From IMG/VR virus record IMGVR_UViG_3300025816_000007: DNA of 64,000 nt; one strand, 5' to 3'. The notes below the pieces were generated by a model. That model saw only the letters and a list, made by a program, of their open reading frames with translations. It had not been told where the DNA came from and did not search any database. Positions 1-9,288 of this stretch are shown in pieces. Position 1 is the stretch's first letter; each line of letters begins with the position of its first letter. This DNA is from an uncultured virus (IMG/VR IMGVR_UViG_3300025816_000007) (taxonomy: Duplodnaviria; Heunggongvirae; Uroviricota; Caudoviricetes). Position numbers and translations under genes: made by a program.

Positions 1-32
1 GCGGTTAAGCCCTGTCCATATGTTTAATTCAT

Positions 33-483
33 TACTTTGTATGTAGTAATGTTATACTGCTAAATTATGCCATAGGCTACTATGTAAGTGGCCTATTTTG
101 AGGCAGATTAGCCCCGAACTAGCTCCATCTATGTGTTATTCTGGAGATCTTGTCCTGGTTCGCAATCAATACTTTGTATATTGTATTGTCTTACTGCTAA
201 ATTATGCCATAGGCTACTATGTAGGTGGCCTATTTTGAGGCAGATTAGCCCCGAACTAGCTCCATCTATGTGTTATTCCGGAGATCTTGTCCTAATTTGC
301 AATCAATACTTTGTATATTGTATTGTCTTACTGCTAAATTATGCCATAGGCTACTATGTAAGTGGCCTATTTGTGGCAGATTAGCCCCGAACTAGCTCCA
401 TCTGTGTGTTATTCTGGAGATCTTGTCCTTGGTTCGCAATCAATACTTTGTATATTGTATTGTATTACTGCTAAATTACGCCA
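33..483. repeat. 137-bp tandem direct repeat, about 3.3 copies
   Basis: ACTGCTAAATTA recurs at 56, 193, 330 and 467 (period 137) with near-identical intervening sequence. Confidence 0.95.
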
Positions 484-489
484 CCGGTC

Positions 490-497
490 TTTATCAA
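490..497 (+). promoter_or_regulatory. Putative archaeal TATA box for the leaderless TFB-like gene
   Basis: TTTATCAA at -30..-23 from ATG 520. Confidence 0.45.
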
Positions 498-519
498 ATG
501 GCACCCATTACGCCTGTAC

Positions 520-1479
520 ATGGCTGACGTGTCTGAATATGCCCCGATGGAGTCTAGGGCATTCACAAATTTACAGTGTCCAGAATGGGAAATGATTGAA
601 GAATGCATAATCACTGCAATTAAGAGTGGAAAATCGGCTGAAGGATTATACAGTGGGAAATCCAGCCTGTCAGATAAGCTTCAAAATACAAACAAAATGT
701 ATGAAATCACTTGTAAAGCATGCGGCCTTTCAGTCCCTTTCGACATATTAGAAACAAATAATCCAGAGTTTGACGGGAACCGCAATGTAACAAACATGAA
801 CATGACGCTTTCGAAAACTGGCGCTCAAAGACGAAGAGAGGAAGCAATTGAAATCATGGTGAATGTTGCAGATGCTTTCAACTTCGATTCCAAAATGATT
901 GCAGAAGCCAATAAATTATTGAATATATTTCATAATGCAGGGGGGTCATCTGGAGGAAGAGGATTCAAAACATCGACAGTAGCTGCGTTGAGAGTTGCTA
1001 GTTTGAATGCAGGCAGGCCGATTTCTGTTTCTAGGTTCTGTGCAGCTCACCCTGAAAAACCTGGAGAAAGAGTCGTCAATCGATTGATTAAAGATGTTAG
1101 GAGAAACGGATTAATACCAAATGTAAATGAATTTTCTATTAATGATAGACTTGTGAAAATAGGCTCGTATGTTGGAGCAGATGCCCAGCTAATTGAGTTT
1201 GCAAAAAAATATACTGCAATCTCTACACCGTTGCCCTTAGATGTTCAAGCCGCAGCAGCACTATACCTTGCTGCAGGCGAAGATGGAAAAAGGCCGTCAA
1301 AATATAGTGCGGCTTCAATTGCACGTCAAACATTTATGAACAGAAAGAGAATCAACAGGGCAGCAAGAATGCTGCAAAATTTAGGCGGATTTGTTGTGAA
1401 AGAAAACCCGCCGAAAGAAAAAACCATACAAATGCCGGCTTCAATAATTCAAGAATTAAGAAGAGTTCGAAAGAGATAG
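520..1479 (+). CDS. tfb: Transcription initiation factor IIB (TFB)-like protein
   Basis: Split Zn-ribbon (CPEW...CKACG) followed by two cyclin-like repeats (GRGFKTSTVAALRVAS...RPIS; QAAAALYLAA...SAASIA). Confidence 0.8.
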   Translation: MADVSEYAPMESRAFTNLQCPEWEMIEECIITAIKSGKSAEGLYSGKSSLSDKLQNTNKMYEITCKACGLSVPFDILETNNPEFDGNRNVTNMNMTLSKTGAQRRREEAIEIMVNVADAFNFDSKMIAEANKLLNIFHNAGGSSGGRGFKTSTVAALRVASLNAGRPISVSRFCAAHPEKPGERVVNRLIKDVRRNGLIPNVNEFSINDRLVKIGSYVGADAQLIEFAKKYTAISTPLPLDVQAAAALYLAAGEDGKRPSKYSAASIARQTFMNRKRINRAARMLQNLGGFVVKENPPKEKTIQMPASIIQELRRVRKR

Positions 1480-1866
1480 ATAGTTCGGTGGAAGATCTAA
1501 AACAAAGTCTTTCTTCAACCGATAAACTAAGTAAAAGATTTCTCTTTTTTGATATTTGCCTTTTGTTTTCTTGACTTGAATGAATGAATACCTGATGTTT
1601 CCATCCTCAGTCATATATTTCGCAATCTCCCTATTGTCTATCCCCATATCACTGCAAATAGAATCTAATGAGCCAAGTTCGTCAGGAATGTAGCGCCACA
1701 GGTTTTTCGCAACCTTTTGAAATATTTTTTTATTAGACGACAAAGTTCCCAATACCTGGGGAGGGCTTAACCCTAATTTTTCACGAATTGCTTCAAATGG
1801 GAGAATGTTTGTCCCCTCTGCTTTGAAAATATCTTCTATGATTCTAATAAGCTTACTTTTCCCCAT
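1456..1866 (-). CDS. Winged-helix (HARE-HTH-like) protein
   Basis: LIRIIEDIF...LPFEAIREKLG...LSSNKKIFQKVAKNLWR pattern; start moved to ATG 1866, which overlaps the upstream small ORF. Confidence 0.55.
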   Translation of the reverse strand: MGKSKLIRIIEDIFKAEGTNILPFEAIREKLGLSPPQVLGTLSSNKKIFQKVAKNLWRYIPDELGSLDSICSDMGIDNREIAKYMTEDGNIRYSFIQVKKTKGKYQKREIFYLVYRLKKDFVLDLPPNYLSLSNSS

Positions 1867-2008
1867 TATTTTCATCCTCGACTTGTAAACTGTCTTTTTC
1901 TGCAACATCAAGTAGTCGCTTGATAATATCGCAATAAGAGTCACCGAAGCGGCCATGATTTTTTAGCCTCGTATGTGTTTCGTCATCAACTGCTATTGTT
2001 CGACCCAT
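1853..2008 (-). CDS. Small RHH/antitoxin-like DNA-binding protein (51 aa, not in ORF track)
   Basis: MGRTIAVDDETHTRLKNHGRFGDSYCDIIKRLL; preceded by SD GAGGGG. Confidence 0.7.
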   Translation of the reverse strand: MGRTIAVDDETHTRLKNHGRFGDSYCDIIKRLLDVAEKDSLQVEDENNGEK

Positions 2009-2101
2009 TGCATCCCCTCTAAACTCTACGAGTTATTTAATCCCTATAATCTTTACATTTCATGTGAAGGATAAATAAACCTCCAATATATGTAAACAAT
2101 T

Positions 2102-2341
2102 ATGAGAGGCGAGCCAGAAGTGCACGAATTTGTTGAAACGATTGAGGAATACCAAGAAATGCTAGAAAAAATGAGCAAGGATGATTTTAGAAAATTACTT
2201 GATATTTCCGGCCAGATATTCGACCAATTGAAGAGTAACGACATCAAAGCCCCAAGTGTTGCAATCCTTCTTTTGGAAATACACAAACAGTCAGAAATCA
2301 GAGAAAATGATAAACCTGATTATGATTATGCCTTTGGTTAG
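2102..2341 (+). CDS. Hypothetical protein
   Basis: 79-aa ORF with TATA-like ATAAATAA at 2071-2078. Confidence 0.6.
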   Translation: MRGEPEVHEFVETIEEYQEMLEKMSKDDFRKLLDISGQIFDQLKSNDIKAPSVAILLLEIHKQSEIRENDKPDYDYAFG

Positions 2342-2345
2342 ACTC

Positions 2346-2353
2346 AAAGGGAC
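2346..2353 (+). promoter_or_regulatory. AAAGGGAC motif, 19 nt before ATG
   Basis: Recurs with fixed spacing (see findings). Confidence 0.65.
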
Positions 2354-2372
2354 AAAACCATTCGGATTACAC

Positions 2373-4748
2373 ATGGACGGATTAATCTTCTTCGGCAACC
2401 CCCCGATGTTGCCTACCGGTTACGCCAAGCAATTGAAGCACCTCCAATCATTCTTGAATGGAAAATATGCCATGGCACACATCAGCGATTGGGGATATGA
2501 AGGACCCCCGTTCGAATACAACGGAGTCAAGGTGTACGGAGTGTCCGAGCATCCTGGCGTGGTTACTTCATCACATATCCAGGAATGTGTTCAAAACTTC
2601 TTGAAAGAATCCAATGTAGATCGCTGGTGCATTGTTGCTTTAGGGAATATGTCAAAATATAGCGTTCTTGCCGGATTTCCAACCATAGGACTCTGCCCTG
2701 TTGAAACAAGAGCGTTGACTGATTCTGAATTAGAAGGTATTAGTTCAGTTTCACCAGTAGGCTTGAACCACTATGGAATTAAGACAATGCAAAAAAATGG
2801 TTTTATTGATGTTTACAAAAAACCTATTTCACACGTAGTTGACTTTGATGATTTGCCATCCAAAAGTAGCATAGCTCTAAGGAGTACTACAAAATGGCCG
2901 TTTGATTCAACAAATGTTTTCGTCACTGGGTTCTTTGGAGATTTAACTTCAAGGAAAAGACCAGATTTAGTAACTTTGGCTTGGAGTAAGTTTTCTGAAG
3001 GAAAGGGCGATGTTAGACTGTGGGTGCATCATTCAAATCACGTAAGTATGGACAACTACCAACTGGGCAGCCTTTCAGCTTTAGGCGCCTACATTACCAA
3101 CACTAATCACGGCTGGTCCGATAAACGCATGATGGAAACTCTAAAATCGATTGATTGTTTACTGCACCCATCCGATGTAGAGGCTTTCGGTGTGTTGCAA
3201 ATAGAAGCGCAAGCCGTAGGAACCCCTGTGGTTTCACTGGAAAGCGAAATAAACTACAACCTCTATCCCTCTTTAATTGCACCTAGAGCCACAGGCAATA
3301 ATAGAATCGTGGATGAGATCGTTAGCCGTTTAGAGTTCCTGTATTCCATGTGGAAAAATAAAGATTACGAAGTAAATACATCAGTTGGAACCGCTGCTGC
3401 GAGTAATTTTAATTTTGAATGGGGTTTCAAAGATTTGCAGAACATGATAGAGTTCCATTTAGCGCAATTTTTCCCCCCAATTGCTGAATCAAAGCCCAAA
3501 AGAATGAAACATCTGTGTTTGGTTACTACGTGGGAACAGGATTGCGGGATTGCCACATATTCCAAAATGCTTGTAGATAAACTCAAAGACAAATATCAAA
3601 TCACTATTTTGGCTGAGACCAATGGGAACTTTCACGCAGAAGCGACAATGAAGGATGGAGTAAAGGTTATTGATTGTTGGAATAGACACTTTTCATCTGG
3701 AGGTTCATTGAAGGGAGTGATAGATGCCTTAAATCCAGATGTTGTACACATTCAGCATGAGTCGAACCTTTACAAAATGCAAACTGATTTGCTTGAGCAT
3801 ATTTACGATACCGGAGCCAAAATTGTGACAACACTACATACGCCCGATTTTAACAATCAGGCCGTAGTTGAATTCGCTTCGCAAAGTGACCTTGTTTTAG
3901 TACACAATGAACCACTAGCACGTAGCGTCAATGGTTCAATCCCTGCTCCCCTGCAGTATATCCCGCATGGCGTTCAAGAGTTCACTACGACTCATTCAAG
4001 AGAAGAGTCAGGCGTTCCTTCTAGCATCCCTCTATTATTCAATTATGGTTTTTGCAGCCCAACGAAAGGAGTTTTAGAATTCATACAAGCTTGCAAAATG
4101 CTCAAGCAAAACCAACTACTAGATTCAAATGGAGATATTCTGACAACTACTCATTTTGAGGTTGTAATTTATGCAGGCGTCAAGCCAGGACAAAATGCTT
4201 ATTTCGAAAGGTGCCTATCCGAAGCTGAAGGTGTTGATGGATTAACAATATCGAACCAAGTCTTGTCAGAGGAAACAATTGATTTTTGGGCTTCGGTTTG
4301 TGACTATTCAGTATTCCCTTACAGCCCATCGGGGCACCCGTTTAGAATCAACTCAACTTCCGGTGCTTTGATGAGAGTATTGCATGGCGGAAAGCCAATC
4401 ATCGCTACTGATGAGGGAAGGCTTAGAGATGTAATCGGAGGAGTTCACGGTTTCAAATCAAGCAAAGGCTCTCCTGAATCTTTGGCTTTGACGCTTTATC
4501 ATGCAATCAACCAGTTCAACTTCAACAAAAAAGGTTACAATGCAATGTCTAATTCTGTAAAAGAATTAGCCAACACCTATGCTTGGTCTAAAGTTGCTGA
4601 AACGCATCGTGAAGCATATACGAGGTTATGCACATTACACCACTTTAGAACAAAAACTTTGATTGAAAAGCCTATATCAAAAACAAAACAAGTGCCTTTG
4701 TTTTTAGAACACGATTTCGAACAAGAACTAGGAGGGGAAGAGGAATGA
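2373..4748 (+). CDS. Double-domain GT-B (GT4-like) glycosyltransferase
   Basis: Domain 1: PTGYA, RKRP, EAFGVLQIEAQAVGTPVV. Domain 2: CGIATYS, DVVHIQHE, KGVLEFI, SGALMR..GKPIIATD. Start set at the motif-preceded ATG. Confidence 0.88.
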   Translation: MDGLIFFGNPPMLPTGYAKQLKHLQSFLNGKYAMAHISDWGYEGPPFEYNGVKVYGVSEHPGVVTSSHIQECVQNFLKESNVDRWCIVALGNMSKYSVLAGFPTIGLCPVETRALTDSELEGISSVSPVGLNHYGIKTMQKNGFIDVYKKPISHVVDFDDLPSKSSIALRSTTKWPFDSTNVFVTGFFGDLTSRKRPDLVTLAWSKFSEGKGDVRLWVHHSNHVSMDNYQLGSLSALGAYITNTNHGWSDKRMMETLKSIDCLLHPSDVEAFGVLQIEAQAVGTPVVSLESEINYNLYPSLIAPRATGNNRIVDEIVSRLEFLYSMWKNKDYEVNTSVGTAAASNFNFEWGFKDLQNMIEFHLAQFFPPIAESKPKRMKHLCLVTTWEQDCGIATYSKMLVDKLKDKYQITILAETNGNFHAEATMKDGVKVIDCWNRHFSSGGSLKGVIDALNPDVVHIQHESNLYKMQTDLLEHIYDTGAKIVTTLHTPDFNNQAVVEFASQSDLVLVHNEPLARSVNGSIPAPLQYIPHGVQEFTTTHSREESGVPSSIPLLFNYGFCSPTKGVLEFIQACKMLKQNQLLDSNGDILTTTHFEVVIYAGVKPGQNAYFERCLSEAEGVDGLTISNQVLSEETIDFWASVCDYSVFPYSPSGHPFRINSTSGALMRVLHGGKPIIATDEGRLRDVIGGVHGFKSSKGSPESLALTLYHAINQFNFNKKGYNAMSNSVKELANTYAWSKVAETHREAYTRLCTLHHFRTKTLIEKPISKTKQVPLFLEHDFEQELGGEEE

Positions 4749-4882
4749 GGGGGGACTTCGGGCGGCTTTGTATCAATCGCGTGTGCTGGGGCATACCAAT
4801 GAGAGGTTTCCGTAAATGCCCTGCCTGCATGAAAGGACAAGGCCCAATAGGGCCAAATGGCGTGAAAGAGGAGGAAGAATAG
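4745..4882 (+). CDS. Small Cys-rich protein (45 aa, not in ORF track)
   Basis: MRGDFGRLCINRVC...CPAC; ATGA-coupled to the upstream stop and abuts the next ATG. Confidence 0.55.
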   Translation: MRGDFGRLCINRVCWGIPMRGFRKCPACMKGQGPIGPNGVKEEEE

Positions 4883-5071
4883 ATGTTAGTATGTCTCGTA
4901 TGTAAAAGCAAACGGCTAGAATCAGATGTTGTAATAATGCAAGGAAAGTGGAGTCGATTATTCAACTATTCAAATAAACAGTTCAACGCGATTAGTTGCC
5001 AAGATTGCGGGCATACGATGTTGTTCAAAAAAGATTCAAAGTTCAATGTAGTCGAGGCACTACTGGGGTGA
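4883..5071 (+). CDS. Zn-ribbon protein (DUF2082/zinc_ribbon_13-like)
   Basis: CLVC...WSRLFNYSNKQFNAISCQDCGHT pattern. Confidence 0.7.
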   Translation: MLVCLVCKSKRLESDVVIMQGKWSRLFNYSNKQFNAISCQDCGHTMLFKKDSKFNVVEALLG

Positions 5072-5075
5072 TTTC

Positions 5076-5867
5076 GTGAAGGTAAGTGTAGTTGTCATAA
5101 CCGCTAGGGCTGACCCTGGCTTCAAAGAGTTAGCGAATTCATTGTTGAAATCATCTCATAAAGATTTTGAATTGATTTTGGTTGACCGGTTGTTGAAGGA
5201 ACGAACAGAATCCTGGAGTGAAGCTTGTAAAGCTGCTGGTATCGATTTTACACATGTGCAAGATGATTCCCCTCAAGGGCCATGCCCAAGTGCCGCTAGA
5301 AATTTGGGTATAACGGCTGCATCTGGTGATTACATCATCTGCATTGATGATTTGACTTCTTTTTCTGCAAATCTCATAGATGAACATGTGACCGTAGCAA
5401 GAGATTACGGTTTTGATGCCATTTGCGGTAGTTACGTGGAAAGAATTGGCGATTCCGATAAAATAGACCCACGAACTTTAGATCCGCATCAAAGTCATGG
5501 CAAATGGATTTCTCAACGATTTTATGGAATGCACATGGGCTTTACAAAATCTGCTTGGGAAACTGTAGGCGGCTTTGATGAGTCCTTTGATGGCGCATAC
5601 GGATTCGAGGATTGTGATTTTGGAAGAAGGTTGTTTCGAGCAGGGTTAGCTATTGGTTGGTTCCCAAGCCTTTCTGTTGTATGTTACAAGGATTCGAGGC
5701 ATGACCTGGAACATCTAAATGTCAACAGAGGTTACAAAGGCGCAGGAGTTGAAAGAAGTTTTACGGACGAGCCTCTTGCGAATGTTTACGGGTCATTCAA
5801 GTGGAAGAATGATAAGTTAATTCTTCTAAATGACAAAATAGGCAAAATAGGAAGTGGCAATAAATGA
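5076..5867 (+). CDS. GT2 (GT-A) glycosyltransferase
   Basis: KVSVVV, FELILVD, SAARNLGI, IDD, VGGFDESF, GFEDCDFGRRL. Confidence 0.9.
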   Translation: MKVSVVVITARADPGFKELANSLLKSSHKDFELILVDRLLKERTESWSEACKAAGIDFTHVQDDSPQGPCPSAARNLGITAASGDYIICIDDLTSFSANLIDEHVTVARDYGFDAICGSYVERIGDSDKIDPRTLDPHQSHGKWISQRFYGMHMGFTKSAWETVGGFDESFDGAYGFEDCDFGRRLFRAGLAIGWFPSLSVVCYKDSRHDLEHLNVNRGYKGAGVERSFTDEPLANVYGSFKWKNDKLILLNDKIGKIGSGNK

Positions 5868-6508
5868 AAAATGATATGAAAATTGATTTAGACAATTGGG
5901 AAAATCATTGCCCCATTTGTGAAATGATTGTAAAAGAAAAGGAATGGCCTCGAACTATTGTTTGCGGAGAAATAGGTTCACCAGAAGTGCAGAGAGGCGA
6001 AAAACACCCCCCTTGTATCATGTGCGATAGCAAAGAATTGACAGAATTTTACTTGACAGTCCCTACTGCAGACAATAAAGCAGTTACTCACACACGCTTA
6101 CTGCGGTGCGACAGTTGCGGTTGCGGTCAATATTTTGAGGGCATAGATGCTGCGTCAAACAGACCGAAAGTAATTTACAAATATCCTCCAGAACTTGAAC
6201 GGGTAGAACTCGTCAAAAAACTTGAAGAAGCACTAGCTAACGAAGAGGAAAATGAAGACTTGATTTCAAAGGTTCGTTTCTCTGTTGCTATGGAGGCTTT
6301 CTTTCGACCAATTCAACATTATTGTTTAGATAAAGGATGGGATCTATTAGGTTACGGAGTTAGGCCACTAGAGAGGACTGAAATTATGAATCAATTTTAT
6401 GTTTGGACAAACAAGGAAGCAATGTCCGAGGCTGATGAATCCGATAATCCCCTTAGCAGAAATGCCAAGCATAAAGTCAAAAAGCGTGGAAGTTGGAGAA
6501 AAAGGTAG
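5864..6508 (+). CDS. Hypothetical Zn-binding protein
   Basis: CPIC, CIMC and CDSC pairs; translationally coupled. Confidence 0.6.
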   Translation: MKNDMKIDLDNWENHCPICEMIVKEKEWPRTIVCGEIGSPEVQRGEKHPPCIMCDSKELTEFYLTVPTADNKAVTHTRLLRCDSCGCGQYFEGIDAASNRPKVIYKYPPELERVELVKKLEEALANEEENEDLISKVRFSVAMEAFFRPIQHYCLDKGWDLLGYGVRPLERTEIMNQFYVWTNKEAMSEADESDNPLSRNAKHKVKKRGSWRKR

Positions 6509-6513
6509 TCCTT

Positions 6514-6521
6514 AAAGGGAC
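6514..6521 (+). promoter_or_regulatory. AAAGGGAC motif, 19 nt before ATG
   Basis: ATG at 6541. Confidence 0.65.
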
Positions 6522-6540
6522 GAGGCGTTTGATATGATTC

Positions 6541-6699
6541 ATGCGAGACCCAACAGTTGAGATAGTAATAAGCGGAAAGAATTCAGAAGGAAACGAAGTT
6601 GTTCTTAAGAAAGAAACTTCACCAGCAAACGCAAAATTCGTGTACGGCGAATTGCTCAATTTGCTGAAAGAACTTACTGGCTCTGACAGTGAAGCTTAA
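6541..6699 (+). CDS. Small hypothetical protein (52 aa, not in ORF track)
   Basis: MRDPTVEIVISGKNSEG...; ATG lies 19 nt after AAAGGGAC. Confidence 0.6.
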   Translation: MRDPTVEIVISGKNSEGNEVVLKKETSPANAKFVYGELLNLLKELTGSDSEA

Positions 6700-6737
6700 T
6701 CGGCAAGTTCAAGCGGTCAAACCCTTTCGCCTGATGT

Positions 6738-7235
6738 ATGGCGGGAAGCATGAATCATGCGCTTGTACCTTTTCACGAGGTATTAAACGACTCCCAGGCT
6801 GCTGCTGAACTAGAGCCCTACGGCATTGTCGACGAGCAAGGGACAATCAAATTATCATCTTTACCTCCAATTCCAATGGACGACCCTGCTCTACTCAGCG
6901 CATGCGTCCCAAGACCAACAGGCGTTAGTGCTTCTTGGCCCTTGAATAAAGTTGTCAGAATAGAACGCCGAAGTATATTTGCTGGAGCTAGTATATCTTA
7001 TCGCTGTGTCAGCAGCATCAGTGCATTTCCTACGGCCTACAAGGGGAGGCCGAGATGCGATCAACTTGCTTTGAAAGACTTACAATCAGAAGACATTGCC
7101 ACTGCTGATTTCCAAAATGTTGATTTGGATGACATAAATCTAGTTTTAGAGGAAGTCGATGAAGAGGATGCATTTGATGAGCAAACACTGGCTGATTTAG
7201 AAGAAACAGCCAAAATAGGAAGTGAAGAAGAATGA
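6738..7235 (+). CDS. rpoH: RNA polymerase subunit H (Rpo5/RPB5)-like protein with acidic tail
   Basis: HALVPFHEVL, LPPIPMDDPA, VVRIERRS..AG.SISYRCV match RpoH hallmarks; D/E-rich C-terminal extension. Confidence 0.85.
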   Translation: MAGSMNHALVPFHEVLNDSQAAAELEPYGIVDEQGTIKLSSLPPIPMDDPALLSACVPRPTGVSASWPLNKVVRIERRSIFAGASISYRCVSSISAFPTAYKGRPRCDQLALKDLQSEDIATADFQNVDLDDINLVLEEVDEEDAFDEQTLADLEETAKIGSEEE

Positions 7236-7882
7236 TGCCCGCAAGCACCGTAAATGCCAAGAATTACCATTTGTTAGGAAATAGATTAACTGGAGAGTCC
7301 AGAGCTTCAAGAATGAGGCGTGTCAATGAACACACGCCTTACTCACCTTCACTCATTCAACGTGAGCCAGCAAAGATGTACAAGATAAATCCAACAAAAC
7401 CTTTGAATTTGGGTTCGTCCCACGCAGGTTCCCTTAATACACGTGTTAGTTCAATGGTGATAGGGGGCGCCTCTGCATTTGGACTTACGGTTTTAGCAAA
7501 CGCTGGTAAGACAAGTAGGAAAGATACCGTACAATCTTCTATATTTGGAGCACTTGGAGGGCTAGCAATTGGAGTTATCTCAGGTGCAACCCTTAACAAT
7601 GAGAAAATCGGGCTCCTAAAGACGGGTGGCGGAAATAGTTTGACGGATAATATGACCCTTGCAGGTGCAAGCTTAGCTCTACCGCTGCTTGCTGCCGGAT
7701 TACCCCGCTCTAAAACCAAAAACCGGACTAAAAAACAAAAGAAAATCGATTATACCCGAGCCGTACAACTTGGGGCACCAGGCGTAGTCGCCTCCTTTAC
7801 AACAAATGCAAGTTACACTATACCAATTTACTTGGCGGCTTTAGTTGGAACCTTTGCTGCTAGAAGATACAGCAAGATTTGA
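7232..7882 (+). CDS. Putative membrane protein
   Basis: Several Gly/Ala-rich hydrophobic segments; NLGSS motif. Confidence 0.6.
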   Translation: MMPASTVNAKNYHLLGNRLTGESRASRMRRVNEHTPYSPSLIQREPAKMYKINPTKPLNLGSSHAGSLNTRVSSMVIGGASAFGLTVLANAGKTSRKDTVQSSIFGALGGLAIGVISGATLNNEKIGLLKTGGGNSLTDNMTLAGASLALPLLAAGLPRSKTKNRTKKQKKIDYTRAVQLGAPGVVASFTTNASYTIPIYLAALVGTFAARRYSKI

Positions 7883-7917
7883 GAAACTACCAAAAGGACC
7901 GAAGGCATGGGATATGC

Positions 7918-8337
7918 ATGAACCCCGAAGATAACAACGATACTTTGAGAATTTTTGTTCTCTTATTTGTTAACTCATTTTTGATTGGAGCAGCCGTAGC
8001 AATTCATAAGCAGGGCTTATGGTTCCCTGATGAAAGTAGTTGGTTCAAAATTGGCGGCTTGTACATGATGGCGGCTACATTTGTACAAATGGTAAGTTTT
8101 ATGCTCTACAAAGTATTCTTTCAGGAAAGAATGGAAGACCAAACTTACATTCAGAATCTCGTCACCCAATCTAGGCGCAATATGAAAAAGATGAATGCCG
8201 AATTACAAAAATTTCAAATGTCTATGGAAATGGAAAGCAGAAGAAGGCAATTTGAAACGGCCATGGAAAGTCAAAAACAAAAAATGGAAGATGGCGAAGA
8301 TTTCACGCCCATCATAGGCTTGGAAGCTATGAGGTGA
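7918..8337 (+). CDS. Two-TM membrane protein with C-terminal coiled coil
   Basis: Two hydrophobic helices then a Q/E/M/K-rich heptad region; start at the motif-preceded ATG. Confidence 0.65.
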   Translation: MNPEDNNDTLRIFVLLFVNSFLIGAAVAIHKQGLWFPDESSWFKIGGLYMMAATFVQMVSFMLYKVFFQERMEDQTYIQNLVTQSRRNMKKMNAELQKFQMSMEMESRRRQFETAMESQKQKMEDGEDFTPIIGLEAMR

Positions 8338-8341
8338 TTTT

Positions 8342-8548
8342 TTGCCTTCGTTATTCCCTACAGAGGTAGAGTCGGCTTTTGAAACGATGGCTCTTGCATT
8401 TCATGAAAAAAACAAATGGGATGCTAGGTGGTTTAAGATCCAGATATTGCTTTACTCCATATTCTCAAGCGTTTTTAGCATGTTCATATTAACACTAACA
8501 GAATGGTTTTTTGGATTCAATCTTTTCTCCTGGTTATTTGGTGTTTGA
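8342..8548 (+). CDS. Small membrane protein
   Basis: Hydrophobic C-terminal half; SD GAGGTG before TTG. Confidence 0.65.
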   Translation: MPSLFPTEVESAFETMALAFHEKNKWDARWFKIQILLYSIFSSVFSMFILTLTEWFFGFNLFSWLFGV

Positions 8549-8560
8549 TGCGATTTATTC

Positions 8561-8568
8561 AAAGGGAC
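8561..8568 (+). promoter_or_regulatory. AAAGGGAC motif, 19 nt before ATG
   Basis: ATG at 8588. Confidence 0.65.
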
Positions 8569-8587
8569 GAAACGCCTCCCCCTATTC

Positions 8588-9280
8588 ATGGCAATGAGCG
8601 TTTTCATAGGATTACCAACCAAACCTAACAAAAGTCACAACTCAGCAATCGCTAGAGCTAGTGGCATGGCAGAAAAGGACGACCCCAAGCAGTATGTATG
8701 GGCATTTGAGAAAAAGAAACTTAGAATAATGCTTGAGGATATGCGAGACGCCTTGAAGATGGATCGTGAATGGGCAGATGAGGTCGGCTGGATTCATAAT
8801 TGGTCTATCGTAGTACAGATTGCCACTAATCGCACTCCAGAAGATTATTTGGAATGGATGTCTTTGATTACAATGTTGTGTAAAAGTAATAACGCTACAT
8901 TTTTGTTTTTCGATGAAGGAAGTGGCGACCCTCAAGTAAGATACAGACTAACTGATTTCTTCCAAGGCGTTTTAGACGGCAACATGCATGACGAAAACGG
9001 TGCTGCTGTGGAAACAGAAGAAGTCGTTGAACAAGAAGATACCTTTGAAACACCTTCCCCCGCACACGCACAAGTTCCCGCACCCACGCCAGCCCTCACG
9101 CCCGCACCCGAGCCGGAGATGAGTTCTGATTTGCAAGATTTGATTAGACAGGAACTGGAAAAAGGCGGATACTACAGGAAACTCCAAGAGGAAAATGTTC
9201 CAACTACAGGACAAACAGCAATAGATTTAGAACCTGCGGAAGACGACTTTGAGTTATATGATGACTGGGATGAAGACTGA
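8588..9280 (+). CDS. Hypothetical protein with acidic/Pro-rich C-terminus
   Basis: 230-aa ORF; AAAGGGAC-N19-ATG upstream. Confidence 0.65.
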   Translation: MAMSVFIGLPTKPNKSHNSAIARASGMAEKDDPKQYVWAFEKKKLRIMLEDMRDALKMDREWADEVGWIHNWSIVVQIATNRTPEDYLEWMSLITMLCKSNNATFLFFDEGSGDPQVRYRLTDFFQGVLDGNMHDENGAAVETEEVVEQEDTFETPSPAHAQVPAPTPALTPAPEPEMSSDLQDLIRQELEKGGYYRKLQEENVPTTGQTAIDLEPAEDDFELYDDWDED

Positions 9281-9288
9281 GGGTTTGA

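Noticed and set aside
33..483. CRISPR array
   Set aside because: Units are 137 bp and near-identical throughout, with no unique spacers and no cas genes
133..595. ORFs 133..384 and 362..595
   Set aside because: They are translations of the tandem repeat, and the second overlaps the TFB gene out of frame
2256..2372. N-terminal extensions given by the ORF track (also 15612-15722, 19142-19240, 29482-29526)
   Set aside because: They overlap neighbouring genes or promoter motifs; downstream ATGs match domain starts, operon coupling or motif spacing
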